The notes beneath the pieces are model-generated. The model was not told the origin of the DNA, ran no database searches, and saw only the letters and a list, made by a program, of their open reading frames with translations. A DNA stretch of 54,892 nucleotides, the filler included, from Catajapyx aquilonaris (lineage: Eukaryota): assembly GCA_000934665.2 (NCBI GenBank). It is 2 parts of 2 records of this genome, joined end to end, with 100 filler letters (N's around TTAATTAATTAA, not from the genome) between each part and the next. Parts side by side here need not be neighbours in the genome. Positions count along the whole stretch, not along the records: positions 27,558 to 54,892 come from JYFJ02005072.1; 1 more part is not named here. The stretch is one strand, 5' to 3'. This document shows, one piece after another, positions 50,493-54,892 of this stretch. Each line of letters opens with the position of its first letter. The first letter of the stretch is position 1. Made by a program: the position numbers and the translations under genes.

Positions 50493-53400
50493 CCATGGTG
50501 ATCTACATGCAGTACATAGCTGCACTATAGCCATTTTATACATATTTATTATAATAACAATATTATTATTGTCAAACAAAAGAAGGGGAAGACGTAAAAG
50601 CTGGCAAGGGCTTTATAGTCCACATCCTCTTAGCAGTTTGGAGAAGACATTGCCATGCTATCGATTGACTCAGTCGTCTGCTGTGCACTGAGATAAAAGA
50701 ACATGAGAGAGAGGGGAGCTCAGCAATTATGTCAACGGCCACGGGAGAGCACTTGAGAAGTGTCGGCTTGAAAGCAATGAGATTGACTCAACAATTGATT
50801 CCGCGGGTTCTCATGACGTGATTTTTTTTTCCATTTAAAACCATAGTCAGCTACCTAATATGAAACAAATAACTTTGAACGTTGAACCTTGCCAACAAAA
50901 CATTTCAATGCAAATATTGCAGTTCTGAAGCCAATTTGGGTGACGGGCAAGATCGGTACACCCACCAACATGGAGTGCCATTAATATTGATGTAAGCAAA
51001 GGAAGGGAGGCAGGAAGGACGGAAGGAAGTAGTGAGCAACGAAGGCGCCTCATTAGGCACCTCTTGTGTATGAGATGCCTGTGATTAGAGAGAACGCTTG
51101 CATCGTTACGCCCGAGGCGGTTGCTGTACAAGAAACTACATGGGGGGGGGNGGGGGGGCTTCAAAAGTCCATCGAACGGATCATTCAGGCTCAACCGCTA
51201 AATAGGCCCTTCCCCAGCACCCAACCTGATGCCAGCACACCTCTATTACGCATGCATTGTGTAGCAGGAGGGGAGGAAAGCTGGGAGGGAGGGGGGGGAG
51301 GGAAGGCAGCAGACGGAATTTTATTCGGCGAGATTGAAATTGCAAACCGGGACTGGCGCCGATCAAGTGAAAACAATCGTATCGATTCCGGCGGAGTTTT
51401 CAGGTTGAGACCCGCAGCAGAGGTGGAACCTAGAACTATAGGATATCCAGCTAACCGCAGTTTCATATGACGTACCAGTACCGGCGTAGAATATTTTTCA
51501 AACAAATTGGAAATATTTGTGTCAATTTTTAAAGTGATTTTTAAAGGGGAAACAGAGTGGGGTATATGTGGTGAAATGGCATCACTTGGCAGTTTTTTTT
51601 TTTCATGCAGCCATTCGAGTATCTCCTTGATTAATCTCAATATTGGGACAGTAAAATGATAGTAGGCCTTTTTCAGCAACTTATTCTTCGGCCCCTATCG
51701 CATTTCTTTGAGAAGTTGTGTGTTTGGTGATCAAAAAGCATATTAAACAGCCTGAAACTTTCCAAAAACATACAGATAAAACTATATATCAGTTCTCTTG
51801 CAAGCACTTGACAACCACAATTTCCTCGCCGACAGCCAATTACTACTGTTATTTATAAGAGAGAACCATATACAAATAGTCAATGATGCATGTGGAGAGA
51901 GAAAAATAGTTGCTTTTATGGCCTTATTTTTGTTTCTGCCCAAAAGACACAATGAAAGGGATAGAATACATTATTCTTACAATATGATAACAATAATTGC
52001 GTGAAAATAATGCTAATGTTCAGAATATCGCCCCCCCTGAATAATCCGTTATGTTACAGGCCATACGCTATAGTTAAAAAGAGAGATGGTCTAAGCTCAT
52101 GGGATGGTATAGGTGTAAATGACAGACCATGTACAGCCCAACACGTTCTGCTATTTAACCTGGTATAAACAAGACATCCTGCTGATGTCGAAGGGAGGCC
52201 TGGCCGATAAGGGTGGTGGGCAACCATTAGCATATGGCATAGAAGCAGAGTTCCAAAGAAGACCTATAGTGGTGGTGCTGATCCGGTGAACAGACTGAGC
52301 CCAACTAGAAGATCAAATTGAGCGGAGGCGAGTGAGTGACGGCCACAAGCAGCGTCCGTCAACATTTGGGCTCGGGGATCAAGTCCCGCTTTGGCCAGTC
52401 TCAATCCGGATTACTCGCCCTAATCCCCTTTCATAAGGCAGCAACCCCCTCCCCAAGCACATTCCCCTAGACTCTAAGCACCATTCCCCTCCTCCCATCC
52501 TTCACACCCCGCTATAGACCATGCTTTAGCAGTAAATATATCGAGGGGACCCTCCCGCTTCCGTCTTTCCTTTCATCCCAACTTCACCAAGAAGTTAATA
52601 CCTTTTTGTCGAGGGCTGTGATACACGCATGCCCAATTTGTGCTTCAGAATAGGGTGAGAACAGCCTGAACTGCATAGTTATAGAAGCAATATTACTGTA
52701 GAGACATGTGTCCCAAATGCTGAGGACGGGTTCCTTTGGTAAAAGAAGATGGTCTGCAGCTGTAAGAGGACCCTGATGACGTGGGTGGAAAGGTACACAC
52801 ACACATCGTAGGAGGTGGGGGGCGGGGGAGGAAAAAAGGGGGTAGAGGGGGGGGGGAGGATGTCTGGAGAGGAGTGTCAACACGGCCCGCTAAGGTTTCA
52901 CAATGGGCAAGGCAAACACAGGCTGGGCCCCCGATGTGATTTGTCGCCTCTAATGATCTCCGGGCCCTGCAAGTCCAGCTTGTTGACAGCCCCGAGGCGG
53001 ACAATGGTCGAGGGCCGCCTTTGTGTCCGAATGGGAGAGAGAAGCTGACACCTACAGCCATCAACCTACCCTCCATTTCACCCACCACCCAGCAGGCCCC
53101 CTTTCTTCCTACTGTCCTTCCTTCCTTTTCTCACCTCCAGTTGTGTCTCCCATATAGCCCGCAACAATGTGACCACATCTACACTGGTCTGCATGACTTG
53201 CACGTAACAGTACACCCGCGCACGTAATGCCATATAAAATATATCTCCGGTTGACAAAGGTGGACACTTTCATCTCCCCCTCTCCCCTTTCTCCCCTTTC
53301 TCCCCTCCCACCCGCCGAGCAGAGCAATTCATTCCAATTAGTGGTTAGGCAGGTGCAAAGGACTCCCTAAATAAGGCTCCCAGATACTCCTAGCAATATG

Positions 53401-54798
53401 CCCAAAATGAATGGATTCCAAGCAGCACCTGCACCATCCCCTTCTCACACCTTATTCATAATTCAGGTAGATATGAACCTGCAAGTTATAATAATACGGG
53501 CCGTACACACAATCGCAGCATGGCGTCTTACCAACCAGTGTGAGAACACAAAATGATGGCACACAAGCCAGAAGCCAAAGCCTTGTACTGGAATTGGCGA
53601 GAGGCAAACACAGAGCAGACTACTAGTTTGTAGGGAAAAGGTAACCCGAGACTAGGGCTCACCTGCGGGAGACTAGACGAGTCCTCGGGGGACATTGTTA
53701 TCACAAGGAGCGGGCTCTTCGCTCTCCCCCCCCCCACCTTCCGCCCCCACCCCTCTCATCCTCTTGTTGCTGTGTAACCCGATGGGCCTTTGGAATTGGC
53801 CATCTGGGAGAGCAGGAAGGCAGGAAGGGGGGGGGGGAGCACCCCTGATCCATTCCTGCAACCTCTGCTTATTCGCCTATAGTCTTTACTAGAGGGTTAA
53901 TAGCAGGGTATACTAATCACCTCGTTAGAAGTTCGGGTATGGTCATCTTTCAGCTCAGAACTTCTGTCTGATCTTATAACATGTATACTGTACAACCTCG
54001 GTACAATAGGAAAGTTATATGAAAAAAAAGGTACGGTAGAGTGCACTCGACCTCGGTATTGCTCAAAGCCGAGTAACGGTCTCGCGCGTTTTCATCGTAA
54101 TTATCTGGAAGTCCAATTGTGCTCAGGTTATGTAATCACATTGTAGGGGCGCGTGACACGAACCCGAGGGATGAGGGAAGAACATCACAATGAAACGGTT
54201 GGAAACCGCTGATGTGGATGATTTAAGGGGAATATCGTATAGGCTTAGCATGCATACAGTGCAGTTTCGAGCTTTTGTCGCAGCTTTCAGGATCACATGT
54301 CATGTAGAGGGGTGGTACACTGTCCAAGTTCCCACCAGTTCAATATGGGAAGGAGTTGTGCATTGTTTACCCAAGCAAACCAGTTTAAAGGGAAGCAACA
54401 AGTAAATGTGATTGCTACTTCTCTTTAAAGTGTTGGTTGCGCTGGGGTAAACAATCCATAACTTATGGTCACAGGGGTGCTTTCCATTTAACCTAATAGG
54501 CTATTAGCAGTTATACTGTATTATTTTTGATAGCCCCTTAAAATAATTTGGTGCAAAATAACTGTTATAATAATAAGCAGGTAGCATTTTTTATTATGCT
54601 GGTCATCATGTTTTATATTATTTGTTTATAATTTTGATTATAATTACATTTTAAAAGAATAGACACAGGCCCGCCTTTTTACACCGATATAGCCTATATT
54701 GAAGAGGGTATTCATAATGAATATTCCTTTACTGATTTAGGTGGCTAGTGGATTTCCAAGACAACTGAAATTATACTAACTCAATCATGTAGCCTATA

Positions 54799-54892
54799 CA
54801 GGGTGTAAATGAATTCAACCGACAAACTTCTAGGGGTGATAGAGGGGACCAAGACAAACATTTTTGACATAGGAAACCGTGTCCGGAAACGC
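54799..54892. mobile_element. Probable left end of a Tc1/mariner-type element running off the window
   Basis: TA|CAGGGTG start, as in the element at 36087. The partner TIR is not visible. Confidence 0.4.

Noticed and set aside
50125..50691. 188-aa ORF and overlapping ORFs
   Set aside because: They arise from the palindromic MITE and contain no protein motifs.

Overview
Eukaryotic (metazoan, probably protostome/arthropod-type) genomic DNA with GT-AG introns. The left ~27 kb is gene-dense. It holds a multi-C2H2 zinc-finger gene (-) whose 3' end continues through two apparent +1 frameshifts, and an ankyrin + 42-aa TPR-array gene (-) whose near-identical repeats vary at a few fixed positions. 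It also holds an orphan LRR (FBXL-like) exon, a complete 12-exon MCM6 (-) head-to-head with a 5-exon ANKLE1/LEM-3 (+), and the 3' part of MCTP (-) with a probable alternative internal first exon. An artificial 100-bp assembly spacer (N44-TTAATTAATTAA-N44) sits at 27458-27557, so contiguity across it is unproven. The right half is gene-poor: one signal-peptide/LRR/transmembrane gene (+) with a C-terminal LEWD motif, among nested DNA-transposon derivatives (mariner foldback, Tc1/pogo-type MITEs, a piggyBac-type MITE, a P/hAT-type hairpin) and tRNA-derived SINEs. Gene models were built by hand from splice signals and reading-frame phase; no database searches were run.
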